Shown here piece by piece: positions 28,229 to 38,235 of a DNA stretch of 64,000 nt. The notes under the pieces are model-generated. The model was given only the letters and a program-made list of their open reading frames with translations, was not told the DNA's origin and did no database searches. The translations under genes were made by a program, and so were the position numbers. Each line of letters opens with the position of its first letter. Position 1 is the stretch's first letter. Source of the stretch: Nonlabens sp. (GTDB taxonomy: Bacteria > Bacteroidota > Bacteroidia > Flavobacteriales > Flavobacteriaceae); NCBI RefSeq assembly GCF_018401815.1, contig NZ_JAGYKG010000001.1, positions 706,388-770,387 on the forward strand, given 5' to 3'.

Positions 28229-29377
28229 ATGAACTTTACTTCAAATAAAAATAACTTTAGGTGGATCATGATTGTCATGGCCGTGCTGATCACCTTCTTG
28301 ATTTTATGGAATACTTATGATTTTTTACAGCAATTGAAAGAAAATGAACGTAAAAATATTCAGGAATTTGGAATCTCTCAAAAAGACCTTGCTAATCAAG
28401 GTTTAGGGGCAGACTTAGGTGAGTTAGGCTTTACTGTAGCGAGCAATACCACTACAGTACCTATGATTTTAATCGATTATAAAGGAGGTATTGAAACGCG
28501 CAACCTCCCTGAAAACATAAGTAACGATTCTATTAAGATAAAAAAGCTGATTGAAATTTACAAAGAAGAAAACGAACCTATCATAACTCAATTTGAAGGA
28601 AAACCTTTTAGTACTATATACTATGGTAATAGCGATATTATAACCAAAACCAAATATTACCCTATGGCTTTGGTTATAATTATGCTGTTGTTCTTTTTTG
28701 TTATTTGGTTTTTTTACAGGTCAAATAAGGCAAGCGAACAAAACAAACTTTGGGCTGGTATGGCAAAAGAAAGTGCACATCAAATAGGCACTCCCCTTTC
28801 TTCTCTTGTGGGCTGGACTACCATTTTAAAAGATACCGATGTTGACCCGTCCTATATTGTTGAAATGGAAAAAGACATCAACCGTCTGAAAATGATTACA
28901 GATCGATTTTCTAAAATAGGCTCCATTCCAAAACTCACCGAAGTAGATATCGTAGATCAAACTCAAAAAGCAACGGACTATATTGCACATCGATCCTCCA
29001 AATTGGTCAACTTTAAAATAGACCTTCCAGATCAACCTATACAAGTCAAATTAAATGAACCTCTATATGAATGGGTGATAGAAAACCTTATTAAAAATGG
29101 TATTGATGCTATGAAGGGAAAAGGAACGATTTCTGTATACCTGAAAGCAGATGTCTACAATGTATTTATTCAAATAAAAGACACTGGTAAAGGAATTCCA
29201 AAAAGTCAATGGAATCAAATTTTTAAACCAGGGTTTACGACCAAAAGACGTGGTTGGGGCTTGGGACTTTCTCTAGCCAAACGCATCATTAAAGAGTACC
29301 ACAAAGGTAAAATACGTGTCTTGGAAAGTAAAAAAGACCAAGGAACTATCTTTGAGATTAAATTGAACAAAATTTAG
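28229..29377 (+). CDS. Sensor histidine kinase
   Basis: Two TM segments, H-box AKESAHQIGTP, N-box ENLIKN, DTGKG, and F/G boxes PGFTTK..GWGLGL. Confidence 0.92.
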   Translation: MNFTSNKNNFRWIMIVMAVLITFLILWNTYDFLQQLKENERKNIQEFGISQKDLANQGLGADLGELGFTVASNTTTVPMILIDYKGGIETRNLPENISNDSIKIKKLIEIYKEENEPIITQFEGKPFSTIYYGNSDIITKTKYYPMALVIIMLLFFFVIWFFYRSNKASEQNKLWAGMAKESAHQIGTPLSSLVGWTTILKDTDVDPSYIVEMEKDINRLKMITDRFSKIGSIPKLTEVDIVDQTQKATDYIAHRSSKLVNFKIDLPDQPIQVKLNEPLYEWVIENLIKNGIDAMKGKGTISVYLKADVYNVFIQIKDTGKGIPKSQWNQIFKPGFTTKRRGWGLGLSLAKRIIKEYHKGKIRVLESKKDQGTIFEIKLNKI

Positions 29378-29591
29378 AAACATACCGCATTAAAAACAGG
29401 ATATCAATAAGGCTTCATTATCGTGTACGACTACACTTAAGACCCGCTACAAAAGAGCTAATTGGATAGATGACTTGACATCAAGAACGTTGAAATCAAA
29501 AATGACACTGCATACCGGCAGTTAAATATACCCTAAAAAGGCTAGAGTTATCAATACAGCCTATTCAGGGAATAGGGGCAATTACCATCTT

Positions 29592-31046
29592 CTAACTTCT
29601 AGGTAATATAACAGTAAATGAGGTTCCTTCTCCATAAAAAGTTTTCATTTGAATAGTGCCCCCGAAATTTTCAACAATTTGTTTCACCATGGCTAGACCT
29701 AATCCCATACCGCTATTTTTTGTAGTAAACTTGGGCTCAAATATTTTCTTTTCAACTCCTTCAAGTATTCCTGTTCCTTTATCTGATACGGTTAAATAGA
29801 TCTTTTTATCATCATGCCTAACAGAAACTACAATTTTATTTTCTCGATCTGGATGACTGGCCTGAATAGCATTTTTAACTAGGTTGGTCACCACTCGTAT
29901 CAACTGGGTCCTATCAAATACTGCCATCAAAGAGTCAGCATCTTCTGTATAATAAATATTGGACTCATTAAAAATATCTAATGCCAATTGGGTCACCATA
30001 CACACATCTGTTTCCTCATTTTTTTGAGCGGGCATGGTTGCATAGGTAGAGAAAGCACTTGCTATGTTGCTCATCACATCTATTTGCTCTATTAAAGAGT
30101 TTGAGTATTCATCGAGTTTTTCTTTAAAATTGGCATCGGCTGGATCAAACCTTCTTTGAAAACTTTGTACGGTAAGGCGCATAGGCGTCAATGGGTTTTT
30201 GATCTCGTGCGCCACTTGTTTTGCCATTTCTCTCCATGCTTGTTCTCTTTCACTGGTGGCTAGTTTTATAGCGCTTTCTTCTAACTCGTCTACCATTTTA
30301 TTATAGGACTCTACCAGGGTATTGATTTCTTCTGTTCCTTTATGATCTATTTCTAGTTTGCGATTGCGTTTGGAAATATCAATATGTTTCAAGTTATCAG
30401 AAATACTTCTGATAGATCTAGTGATATACCTTGCTAAAAAATAACCGAGCACTATAGAAATAAAAAACATCAAGGCATAGACTAAGCCTAGCCTTTTTAA
30501 AAATTCCTCGAGCTCATAGTTCATAAAGTCATCATTCTCAATATAAGGAAGGTGAAGAATAGCAATATTTTTAAATTGATTATCTGTTAAATAGGAATAA
30601 CTAGAACGATAACTTTGAGCGTTAATTTCAAATTTTTGTACAAAGCGACCGTCTTCAGAATCTCTTAATTGTTCCAAAATACGTCTAGAGATCTGACTTT
30701 TGAGGCTATCATTTCTAAACTGGGCCTTTGAGCTTTTTCTCAATCGCCCTTGAAGATCATATATATAAATAGGCATTTGATGGATAGCGCTTAATCCGTA
30801 AATTTCTTCCTTGAAAATATTTTTAAGATTGTCTGTAGTGACCTCAAAGTCTGTTTTTTCAATGACGTAGGATATATTTTCTTTGATGGCTTGTTCTTTG
30901 CGTAACAGTCTTTTTTCATGATAGTCTTTGGCTTGTTCTTGGAACTGATAAATCGACATTCCAGCAATAAGAACACTAGCAATAATGGTGAGCACCATCA
31001 TCGAGAAAAAGATGCGATTTCTAAGGCTATTTGTATACAATCTCAT
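29592..31046 (-). CDS. Sensor histidine kinase (NtrY-like, HAMP)
   Basis: AKQVAHEIKNPLTP, NLVKNA, D.GTG and GMGLGL motifs. Confidence 0.92.
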   Translation of the reverse strand: MRLYTNSLRNRIFFSMMVLTIIASVLIAGMSIYQFQEQAKDYHEKRLLRKEQAIKENISYVIEKTDFEVTTDNLKNIFKEEIYGLSAIHQMPIYIYDLQGRLRKSSKAQFRNDSLKSQISRRILEQLRDSEDGRFVQKFEINAQSYRSSYSYLTDNQFKNIAILHLPYIENDDFMNYELEEFLKRLGLVYALMFFISIVLGYFLARYITRSIRSISDNLKHIDISKRNRKLEIDHKGTEEINTLVESYNKMVDELEESAIKLATSEREQAWREMAKQVAHEIKNPLTPMRLTVQSFQRRFDPADANFKEKLDEYSNSLIEQIDVMSNIASAFSTYATMPAQKNEETDVCMVTQLALDIFNESNIYYTEDADSLMAVFDRTQLIRVVTNLVKNAIQASHPDRENKIVVSVRHDDKKIYLTVSDKGTGILEGVEKKIFEPKFTTKNSGMGLGLAMVKQIVENFGGTIQMKTFYGEGTSFTVILPRS

Positions 31047-31359
31047 TGAGGTAAAAATAACAATAATTGAGCCATTTGTAACTTCAAGTGGAGTAGAAAG
31101 GATCCTTCGCTTAATAATAAAGCACTTACAAAATCACAACCTATTATCAAGCTCCAGACTCCTAAGAGTCTAAATGCAGCCACTGCTTGCATCATGATCA
31201 TGTTTGATAGAAGCGTAAAAGGAACCAGCACCTACCTAAGTAGCAACGCGGTATGACCTATGTCATTTGTCAGATTATTTTTAATAAATCCTGATTATTA
31301 GACCTTTATAGACGTAAAAGTTGTTTACTTTTATGTTTTACTAATTACCATTTATTATA

Positions 31360-31554
31360 ATGAAACAAGGAACTGTAAAATTTTTTAATGAGTCTAAAGG
31401 GTTTGGATTCATCACTGAAAAAAAAACAAATCGAGAATGCTTCGTTCATGTTACTGGACTTATTGATGAGATTAAGGAAGGTGATCTCGTAGAATACGAA
31501 GAAACAGAAGGTAAAAAAGGGGTGAACGCTATAAATGTAAGAGTAGTTCAATAA
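31360..31554 (+). CDS. Cold-shock protein
   Basis: GTVKFFN..KGFGFI (RNP1) and FVHVT (RNP2). Confidence 0.93.
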   Translation: MKQGTVKFFNESKGFGFITEKKTNRECFVHVTGLIDEIKEGDLVEYEETEGKKGVNAINVRVVQ

Positions 31555-31580
31555 CTTAAATTTTAAATTTGTAAGTCATC

Positions 31581-31612
31581 AAATCCCATTTCATAGTATT
31601 GAAATGGGATTT
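31581..31612 (+). terminator. Intrinsic terminator after the cold-shock gene
   Basis: AAATCCCATTTCA-TAGTAT-TGAAATGGGATTT. Confidence 0.75.
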
Positions 31613-31703
31613 TAAATTCCAATGGGAGTTGTAAAATAAAAGCATTCATAGAGGCAAATGTATACGTTATATTTAATAGTTACTTTGAAATAGAACGCAT
31701 AAA

Positions 31704-31733
31704 AAAACCGTTTAAGGTAGCTTAAACGGTTTT
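31704..31733 (-). terminator. Intrinsic terminator of the bamA/ompH operon
   Basis: AAAACCGTTTAAG-GTAG-CTTAAACGGTTTT with an A-tract on the left. Confidence 0.8.
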
Positions 31734-31753
31734 ACTACATTAATAAGTACCCT

Positions 31754-32278
31754 TTATTTGATCCCTAACGCTGCTTTTACGTCTTGAGTAAGGTCATAGC
31801 CGTCAGCCATGATGATACCTGTTCCAGTGGTTGAATCTAATACGTAATCAAAACCTTTTGCCCGGGCTACTTTAAAAATAGCTTCTCTTACCTGCTTGTA
31901 AAGAGGCTTTAATAGATCAGTTCTTTTCTGACCCATAGCTTTTTGTGAGTTTTGATAATACTCTTCTAACTTCTTCTGACCTTCTGCCAGCTCTGCAAGA
32001 ATCCTTTCATTCTCTTCTTGAGTTCTTTGTGGGGCTGCTTCCTGAGCGGTCTGGTATCTCGTCTTCAATTCTTTATCCATTGCGGTCAACTTAGTCTCAT
32101 AAGTTTTGGCTAGATTTCTCAATTGCTTGTCAGCAGCGATAGCACTGGGCATTGACTCTACTAATTCTTGAGAAGCTACATGACATAATTTTGTAGGTTG
32201 TGCATCTTGTGCCTGACCTGATTGAATCCCCGCAAAGAGGAATACAATTACTGCTATTAAGGTTTTTACGTGTTTCAT
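31754..32278 (-). CDS. OmpH/Skp family outer-membrane chaperone
   Basis: Start refined to MKHVKTL. Coiled coil followed by VARAKGFDYVLD and DLTQDVKAALG; bamA operon context. Confidence 0.88.
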   Translation of the reverse strand: MKHVKTLIAVIVFLFAGIQSGQAQDAQPTKLCHVASQELVESMPSAIAADKQLRNLAKTYETKLTAMDKELKTRYQTAQEAAPQRTQEENERILAELAEGQKKLEEYYQNSQKAMGQKRTDLLKPLYKQVREAIFKVARAKGFDYVLDSTTGTGIIMADGYDLTQDVKAALGIK

Positions 32279-32348
32279 TTTTTTATTAATTGTTATCAAT
32301 TTCTTTAAAGTGGTGTTTAATCGGCTGCAAATATAAGCAGTTCCTATA

Positions 32349-33218
32349 TTATTCACCGTTAGGTATGCTATTCTTATTATTTTGTGCTTTTCTAGCTTCT
32401 GCTTTTCTCTTTTCTATTGCTGCAGCTCTAACTGCAAGAATACTGTCTCTTTTTCGCTGGCGTTCTTCAAGCATATTATCTCTGCGCTCTTTGTATTCTG
32501 CTGCTTTTGCGGCTCTTACAGAGTCCCGTATTATTTTTTGTTCATTGCGCGCAGCATCACGTTCAGAAATGACTTGTTGCATCTTCTCTTTCTTTTCTTC
32601 TATAGCCTGCACTTTTTCTTCCTTCTGCTCCGCCTCTTCTACAGATAAGTACGGCTCTTCTTTATCCTCTTCTTTCTTATCCAACTCTCTTTTCTTACCC
32701 GCTCTTCCTATTGCTCTCAATATTTGATCACTTATATCATGGCGCTCTGCGCTATAAAGCATTGCTACTTCTGAGCTATCTACGATGTAATCATATTTTC
32801 TTTGATCACCTATTTTTTGAATTTCATTGAACACCTGATCCTGCACGGGCTGCATTAATTGCTGTTTTTGCAACAAAAAGTCCCCTTGCGCTCCAAATCT
32901 TTTTTGTTGGTACTCTGCAAGTTCTTGTTCCTTTACGGCAATGTCTTCTTCTTTTTCTTCAATAAGTTCTTTAGTAAGCAATACTTTCTCATTTTGAAGA
33001 GCGGCTTTCATTTGAGAGATGTCGTTTGCTCTCTTATCCATCTCTTGTTTCCACTTCTGCATTTTTTGTTCCAGCTGCTTGGATGCTTCTTGATACTCAG
33101 GCACACTTTCTAAAATGTACTCCATATCTATATAGCCTACTCGAATTCCTCTTTGCGCTTTCGCGAAAGCGAAACTAAAAGAGACTAGTATACCGATAAT
33201 TAAAATCTTATTTTTCAT
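32349..33218 (-). CDS. OmpH/Skp family outer-membrane chaperone
   Basis: Start refined to MKNKIL. VGYIDMEYILE, YDYIVD and DISDQIL motifs; follows bamA. Confidence 0.9.
   Translation of the reverse strand: MKNKILIIGILVSFSFAFAKAQRGIRVGYIDMEYILESVPEYQEASKQLEQKMQKWKQEMDKRANDISQMKAALQNEKVLLTKELIEEKEEDIAVKEQELAEYQQKRFGAQGDFLLQKQQLMQPVQDQVFNEIQKIGDQRKYDYIVDSSEVAMLYSAERHDISDQILRAIGRAGKKRELDKKEEDKEEPYLSVEEAEQKEEKVQAIEEKKEKMQQVISERDAARNEQKIIRDSVRAAKAAEYKERRDNMLEERQRKRDSILAVRAAAIEKRKAEARKAQNNKNSIPNGE
33157..33170. repeat. Palindrome in ompH signal peptide (AFAKA)
   Basis: Read directly. Confidence 0.9.
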
Positions 33219-33252
33219 AAGCTTAGTATTTAGAGAAATAATCATGCCATAC

Positions 33253-35859
33253 TTAAAATTGTTGACCAATTATAAAGTGAACGTTCCAACCACTAGGATC
33301 GTCGGTCGCTGCATTAGGAACACTGTCAAATCCATAACCAAAATCTACTCCTAGAAGACCGAATGCAGGCATAAATATACGTAATCCTACTCCAGCAGAC
33401 CTCTGTACATCAAATGGATTATAACTTCTAAAGCGGTCATAGGATCCCGCCGCCTCTGCAAAACTAAGTATGTAAATAGAAGCAGCTTGCTCTAAAGAGA
33501 TCGGGTAACGCAACTCCATAGAAAATTTATTGTAAACGGTATCACCATCGGCACTATTAGTAAGGGCGCTGTTATCATAACCACGCATTCTAATGATATC
33601 GCGACCATCTAATGAAAATGCCCCCAGTCCATCACCCCCAACAAAAAACCTTTCAAACGGTACCAATCCTCGATCATTATTATAGGCTCCTAAAAAACCA
33701 AACTCTGTCTTGGTTTGCAAAATTAATTTTTCATAAAGTTGGGTGTACCAAGTACCTTCAAATTTAATTTTATAATACTCTAAAAACTTAAATTTTTCTT
33801 GATCTATCTTGCCTCGGTCTGCAATACCATTAGTTTGAAATTCTGGATCATCCTCTAGGCCATCATAGTCTACTCCATTCCAAAGAGAATAAGGAAGTGT
33901 CATTTTTGCAGTAAGTGAAAAGGAAGACCCATAAGTAGGGAAAATTGGATTAACACCTACATTATTTCTACTCAATCCTATTGTATAAGCCAGGTTATTA
34001 GAAAACCCATTAGGGAAATTAAATAAATTGGTTTGGTAGTTTTTCAAATTGTAATGTTGAAAAGATATGGCCTGAGAGAATTGAAAATATTGATCTGGCC
34101 ATTCCAGTCTTTTTGCAAGACCCACTGTACCTCCAGTAATTAAAAAACGTTGATTTCTGTCTACTTCTCTAAAATTTTGTTGGTTCACACGATACTGCTC
34201 ACTATGCGAAAAGGAAACATTAAAGGAAACTGGCTTTTTACCTCCTAACCATGGCTCTGTAAAGTTAAGACTGTAGGTTCTAAAAATAATACTGGCTTGT
34301 GCTCTTACAGCAAGCGTCTGACCATCTCCCATTGGCACTGGCTGATAAGCTTTACCATTAAACAAATTTCTCAAGGAAAAATTGTTGAATCTCAAACCTA
34401 AAGTACCTACAAATCCTCCTCCTCCATAACCACCTTGCAACTCTATTTGGCTGGCACCCGCCTCTACCAATTCATAGTCTACATCTACAGTGCCATCTTC
34501 TTGATTCACATTGGTCAACTGTGGATTGATTTTCTGTGCATCAAAGAACCCCAACTGACCTACTTCCCTTATGGAATTAATAATCTTTTGACGGGAGTAT
34601 TTTTCTCCTGGAGAGGTCCTGATGGCTCTGTAAATAACATGATCGTTAGTCCTTGTATTGCCACTGACACTAATATTATTGAAGTAGGCTTCCTTACCTT
34701 CTACAATCCTAATTTCAAAATCAATCGTATCATTTTGAACACGTGTCTCTACAGCGTTTACACTAGAAAAAAGATACCCGCTATTTTGGTATAAGTTAGT
34801 TAAATCCTCAGAATCTGGATCTTCAGGATTGCTAATTCGTTTATCAAAAGCAACACCATTATAAACGTCTCCTTTTTCGATTTTAAGCAGTCGCTTCAAT
34901 TGTTCATCTGTATAGACCGTATTTCCAATAAACTTAATATCCCCGAAATAATACTTGTTTCCTTCCTCTACCCCTATAGTAATGGCGATAGTTTTCTCGT
35001 TCTTTTTAAATAAAGTATCAGAAATAACACGAGCATCTCGGTAACCATTTTCTTTGTATTTATCAACAACAGAAAGTAAATCTTCTTGAAAATCTTCTTC
35101 TACATATTTGGATCTTTTAAAGACCCTTAATAAAAACTTCTTTTTAGTATTGGACATTGCACCTCGTAACTCCTTGTCTTGAAGCTGCTCATTTCCATCA
35201 AATGTGATGCTAGAAATTTTTACTTTGTTTCCTCTGTCAATATCGATTTTCATATTCACGATATTACTACCTGCGGTGTCTACTACTGTTCTTGTTTTTA
35301 CCTTAGCATCGGCATAAAGGAATCCTTTTTTACGGTACTTGTCTTCTATAAAAGATCTCGTGGTAGTTACCAAGTTTTCCGTTGCCTTTCTACCTTTTGT
35401 AAGTTTTAATTCATTTTTAAGATCTTTGACCTGTCCTTTGCGCAAGCCTTCTATGGTAACATTATTAAGGTTAGGCACCTCGATAATATTAATTTCTAGA
35501 TTGATGGTGTCAATAATGTCATCATTAGGATCACCAATAATATCTGTAGCAAAGATTCTAATGTCGCTGAACAATTTCAGGTCCCACATTTTTTTCACCA
35601 CTTGACTTAAACGTTCTCCAGGAACATATAGCTCTTCCCCTTTACGCAATCCTGTAAAAGCAATTACGGTATTCTCATTATAGGTCTGGCTTCCAGCGAC
35701 CGTAATTTCACCTATTTTATATTTTGTGGCATCACCAATGGCAAGGTCACCTCCCTTTTCTTGAGCGTATGTTGCCGTACTTAAAATTAAGCAGGTTACC
35801 AATAATAGCGAGTTTGCTAACTTTTTAATCATTCTATAATTGTTCACTTGTTTTACCAA
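33253..35859 (-). CDS. bamA: Outer membrane protein assembly factor BamA
   Basis: POTRA repeats, GN.RT.D.VI.R, QLGFFD, ELQGGYGGG, RMRGY and a C-terminal aromatic residue. Confidence 0.95.
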   Translation of the reverse strand: MVKQVNNYRMIKKLANSLLLVTCLILSTATYAQEKGGDLAIGDATKYKIGEITVAGSQTYNENTVIAFTGLRKGEELYVPGERLSQVVKKMWDLKLFSDIRIFATDIIGDPNDDIIDTINLEINIIEVPNLNNVTIEGLRKGQVKDLKNELKLTKGRKATENLVTTTRSFIEDKYRKKGFLYADAKVKTRTVVDTAGSNIVNMKIDIDRGNKVKISSITFDGNEQLQDKELRGAMSNTKKKFLLRVFKRSKYVEEDFQEDLLSVVDKYKENGYRDARVISDTLFKKNEKTIAITIGVEEGNKYYFGDIKFIGNTVYTDEQLKRLLKIEKGDVYNGVAFDKRISNPEDPDSEDLTNLYQNSGYLFSSVNAVETRVQNDTIDFEIRIVEGKEAYFNNISVSGNTRTNDHVIYRAIRTSPGEKYSRQKIINSIREVGQLGFFDAQKINPQLTNVNQEDGTVDVDYELVEAGASQIELQGGYGGGGFVGTLGLRFNNFSLRNLFNGKAYQPVPMGDGQTLAVRAQASIIFRTYSLNFTEPWLGGKKPVSFNVSFSHSEQYRVNQQNFREVDRNQRFLITGGTVGLAKRLEWPDQYFQFSQAISFQHYNLKNYQTNLFNFPNGFSNNLAYTIGLSRNNVGVNPIFPTYGSSFSLTAKMTLPYSLWNGVDYDGLEDDPEFQTNGIADRGKIDQEKFKFLEYYKIKFEGTWYTQLYEKLILQTKTEFGFLGAYNNDRGLVPFERFFVGGDGLGAFSLDGRDIIRMRGYDNSALTNSADGDTVYNKFSMELRYPISLEQAASIYILSFAEAAGSYDRFRSYNPFDVQRSAGVGLRIFMPAFGLLGVDFGYGFDSVPNAATDDPSGWNVHFIIGQQF

Positions 35860-36568
35860 ACCTTCTTTCTCTATCTTGATAATTATGTATCGCTTCTACC
35901 AAATGTTCTTTTCTGAAATCTGGCCAAAGCACTTCTGTAAAATATAATTCTGCATAAGCAATTTGCCATAAAAGAAAATTACTAATTCTTTGTTCTCCAC
36001 TGGTGCGTATCAATAAATCTACATCGGGCATGTAGCTCGTATATAAATGTTGATTGATGACCTCTGTATCGATTTGTTCTATTTCTAATGTCCCCTCCTT
36101 TACTTGATTAGCTACATTTTTAATGACGGTTATCAACTCTTCTCTTGAACCGTAACTCAAGGCTAGAGTTAAATTCATCCTATTATTATGTTTAGTCGCT
36201 TCTATGACTTCTGCTAATTCTCTTTGTGCTGTTTTGGGTAAAAGCTCTAATACTCCTACTGCCTTAAGAGAGATGTTGTTTTTTTGTAAAGTAGGTAGTT
36301 CTTTTTTAAGACTAGAAACCAACAACCTCATCAAGGTATCTATTTCTAACTTGGGCCTTTTCCAGTTTTCTGTGCTAAAAGCATATAAAGTCAAGTGTTC
36401 TACACCTAACTCGGCACAGGTCTCTACAGTCTGACGTACCGCCTTAGCTCCTTTTTCATGACCGCGTACTCTCATCAATCCCTGCTTCTTAGCCCACCTA
36501 CCGTTACCATCCATGATAACTGCAATATGCTTGGGGATTCTGGTAGGATTGAGTAGTTCTTGTGCCAT
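35834..36568 (-). CDS. uppS: Isoprenyl transferase (undecaprenyl diphosphate synthase)
   Basis: HIAVIMDGNGRWA, YAFSTENWKRP and RTSGEQRISNFLLWQ. Confidence 0.97.
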   Translation of the reverse strand: MAQELLNPTRIPKHIAVIMDGNGRWAKKQGLMRVRGHEKGAKAVRQTVETCAELGVEHLTLYAFSTENWKRPKLEIDTLMRLLVSSLKKELPTLQKNNISLKAVGVLELLPKTAQRELAEVIEATKHNNRMNLTLALSYGSREELITVIKNVANQVKEGTLEIEQIDTEVINQHLYTSYMPDVDLLIRTSGEQRISNFLLWQIAYAELYFTEVLWPDFRKEHLVEAIHNYQDRERRFGKTSEQL

Positions 36569-36570
36569 GC

Positions 36571-37257
36571 TTAAAAGTTACAATAACAAGGCTTACGACC
36601 GAAAGCATAAGTAAGTGTCACCCCACTGAATACGTACCAATCATTATTATTGATATTACCAAATCTTAAATTATCAAAATCTTTACTTCTCACTGGGTTA
36701 CTTCCATCTAAATTATCTGTAAAAGTATATCTAGCACCTACCTCTGCGGCTAGTATTAATTTAGGGGTAATATTTGTCTTTACTCCAAAAATTATAGGGA
36801 TCGCAATATCTGTAGTTTCACCGTACGCTTCCAACTCATTTGTGTTATTTAGTGCAAACAAGTCATAATGAAATGCAGTAAGTCCTGTATATAAATAAGG
36901 AACGATCTGTGGCCTTCCAGAATACAACTCCCATTCCCAAAAGGTGTACTCTAGTCCTATACTAGCCTCTATCATGGAATAATTGTATTTTAACCCTCTT
37001 AAGTCTCTAGAGATATCGTCGCTATCATTATCGTCCCCTACCATATTTGCAGAAATCACACTAGCTCTAAAACTGTGTCTAGAACTTCGATTCCACTTAA
37101 AAATACCCCCTACAGCGATATCTGTAAACTGAATGTATTGTGTACTTCCTACATCACCTATTACATTTGAGGTGCCTACAAAAACACCCGCTTCATAGGT
37201 TTGTGCTTTCGCGAAAGCGAAACTAAAAAAAACAAAAAAAGTAACTAGTAACCGCAT
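36571..37257 (-). CDS. DUF6089/PorT-like outer-membrane beta-barrel
   Basis: Signal peptide, E.G.F.G.SN.IGDVG, RYTFTDNLDG and NNDWYVFSG.TLTY; conserved position between nadK and uppS. Confidence 0.75.
   Translation of the reverse strand: MRLLVTFFVFFSFAFAKAQTYEAGVFVGTSNVIGDVGSTQYIQFTDIAVGGIFKWNRSSRHSFRASVISANMVGDDNDSDDISRDLRGLKYNYSMIEASIGLEYTFWEWELYSGRPQIVPYLYTGLTAFHYDLFALNNTNELEAYGETTDIAIPIIFGVKTNITPKLILAAEVGARYTFTDNLDGSNPVRSKDFDNLRFGNINNNDWYVFSGVTLTYAFGRKPCYCNF
37205..37218. repeat. Palindrome in DUF6089 signal peptide (AFAKA)
   Basis: Read directly. Confidence 0.9.
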
Positions 37258-37359
37258 GGAATTTTTAAAACGTGCAAATATAACAATTCTCTTTACCCAG
37301 CATGATGTTTGTGTGCTCGATTGTCGTATTAGAAAACAAGGAATGCTTGATTTTATTGT

Positions 37360-38235
37360 TTAATTGCGTTTATCTTCTCCCCAAAGTAGTTTTTCTCTTA
37401 GGGTCTTGATAAAACTCTGACCTTTCAACTCGATCAAATCCATGGTGAAATCTGCTTTTTTAAGTGTAAGGACCGTCTCATTAGGAAACGAAGCGATGCG
37501 ATTGTCTAAGGAAGTAAGAAACTCCTCCTCTCTACCGCTAACTTTTATCACAATCTCTGTATGATCTGGAATCACTAAAGGCCTCGCATTAAGGTTATGC
37601 GGTGCAATCGGGGTGATAACAAAAGCATTAGTGTCTGGTGATATAACTGGACCGCCACAACTGAGGCTATACCCTGTAGAACCTGTAGGAGTAGAAATAA
37701 TTAATCCGTCTGCCCAGTAAACAGTTAATAATTCATTGTTGAGTTTGGTCTCAATCTGCATCATGCTGGTCGTATTCATACGACTAACAGTGACTTCATT
37801 CAGGGCAAAATTGTGTGGCGCTGAATGATTTTCTTCATGAGCTGACACCAACGTAATCAATGTGCGTTTGCTCAAGCTATAAGATCCATTACACAACGCT
37901 TCTACTGCCTCAGCAAGCTGATATTTATGCAATGTCGCTAGAAAACCCAGCCTGCCCGTATTGATCCCTATTACTGGAATGCCCACATTACCTATGTAGG
38001 CAACTGCTCTTAATATAGTCCCGTCTCCACCTATACTTATCAATATATCATAGGACTTATCCAATTGATCAAAGGACTCTTGTTTTAAAGCAATATCATT
38101 TTGCTTTAAAAGATGGTGAAAATTAGACTCGATGAGTACTTCAGCATTTTTAAGCTCTAAAAGAGCAATCAATTCCTGACATGTATTGATCGTATCCTCG
38201 TGTAAATACCGACCGTATATAGCAACTTTTTTCAT
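37360..38235 (-). CDS. nadK: NAD kinase
   Basis: GGDGTIL, GINTGRLGFL, NE and DGLIISTPTGSTGYSLSCGGP. Confidence 0.96.
   Translation of the reverse strand: MKKVAIYGRYLHEDTINTCQELIALLELKNAEVLIESNFHHLLKQNDIALKQESFDQLDKSYDILISIGGDGTILRAVAYIGNVGIPVIGINTGRLGFLATLHKYQLAEAVEALCNGSYSLSKRTLITLVSAHEENHSAPHNFALNEVTVSRMNTTSMMQIETKLNNELLTVYWADGLIISTPTGSTGYSLSCGGPVISPDTNAFVITPIAPHNLNARPLVIPDHTEIVIKVSGREEEFLTSLDNRIASFPNETVLTLKKADFTMDLIELKGQSFIKTLREKLLWGEDKRN

Noticed and set aside
32290-35605. Plus-strand ORFs opposite ompH/bamA (e.g. 32290-32727, 34435-34794)
   Set aside because: They are antisense to well-supported genes, with Ser/Phe/Leu-rich composition typical of shadow frames.
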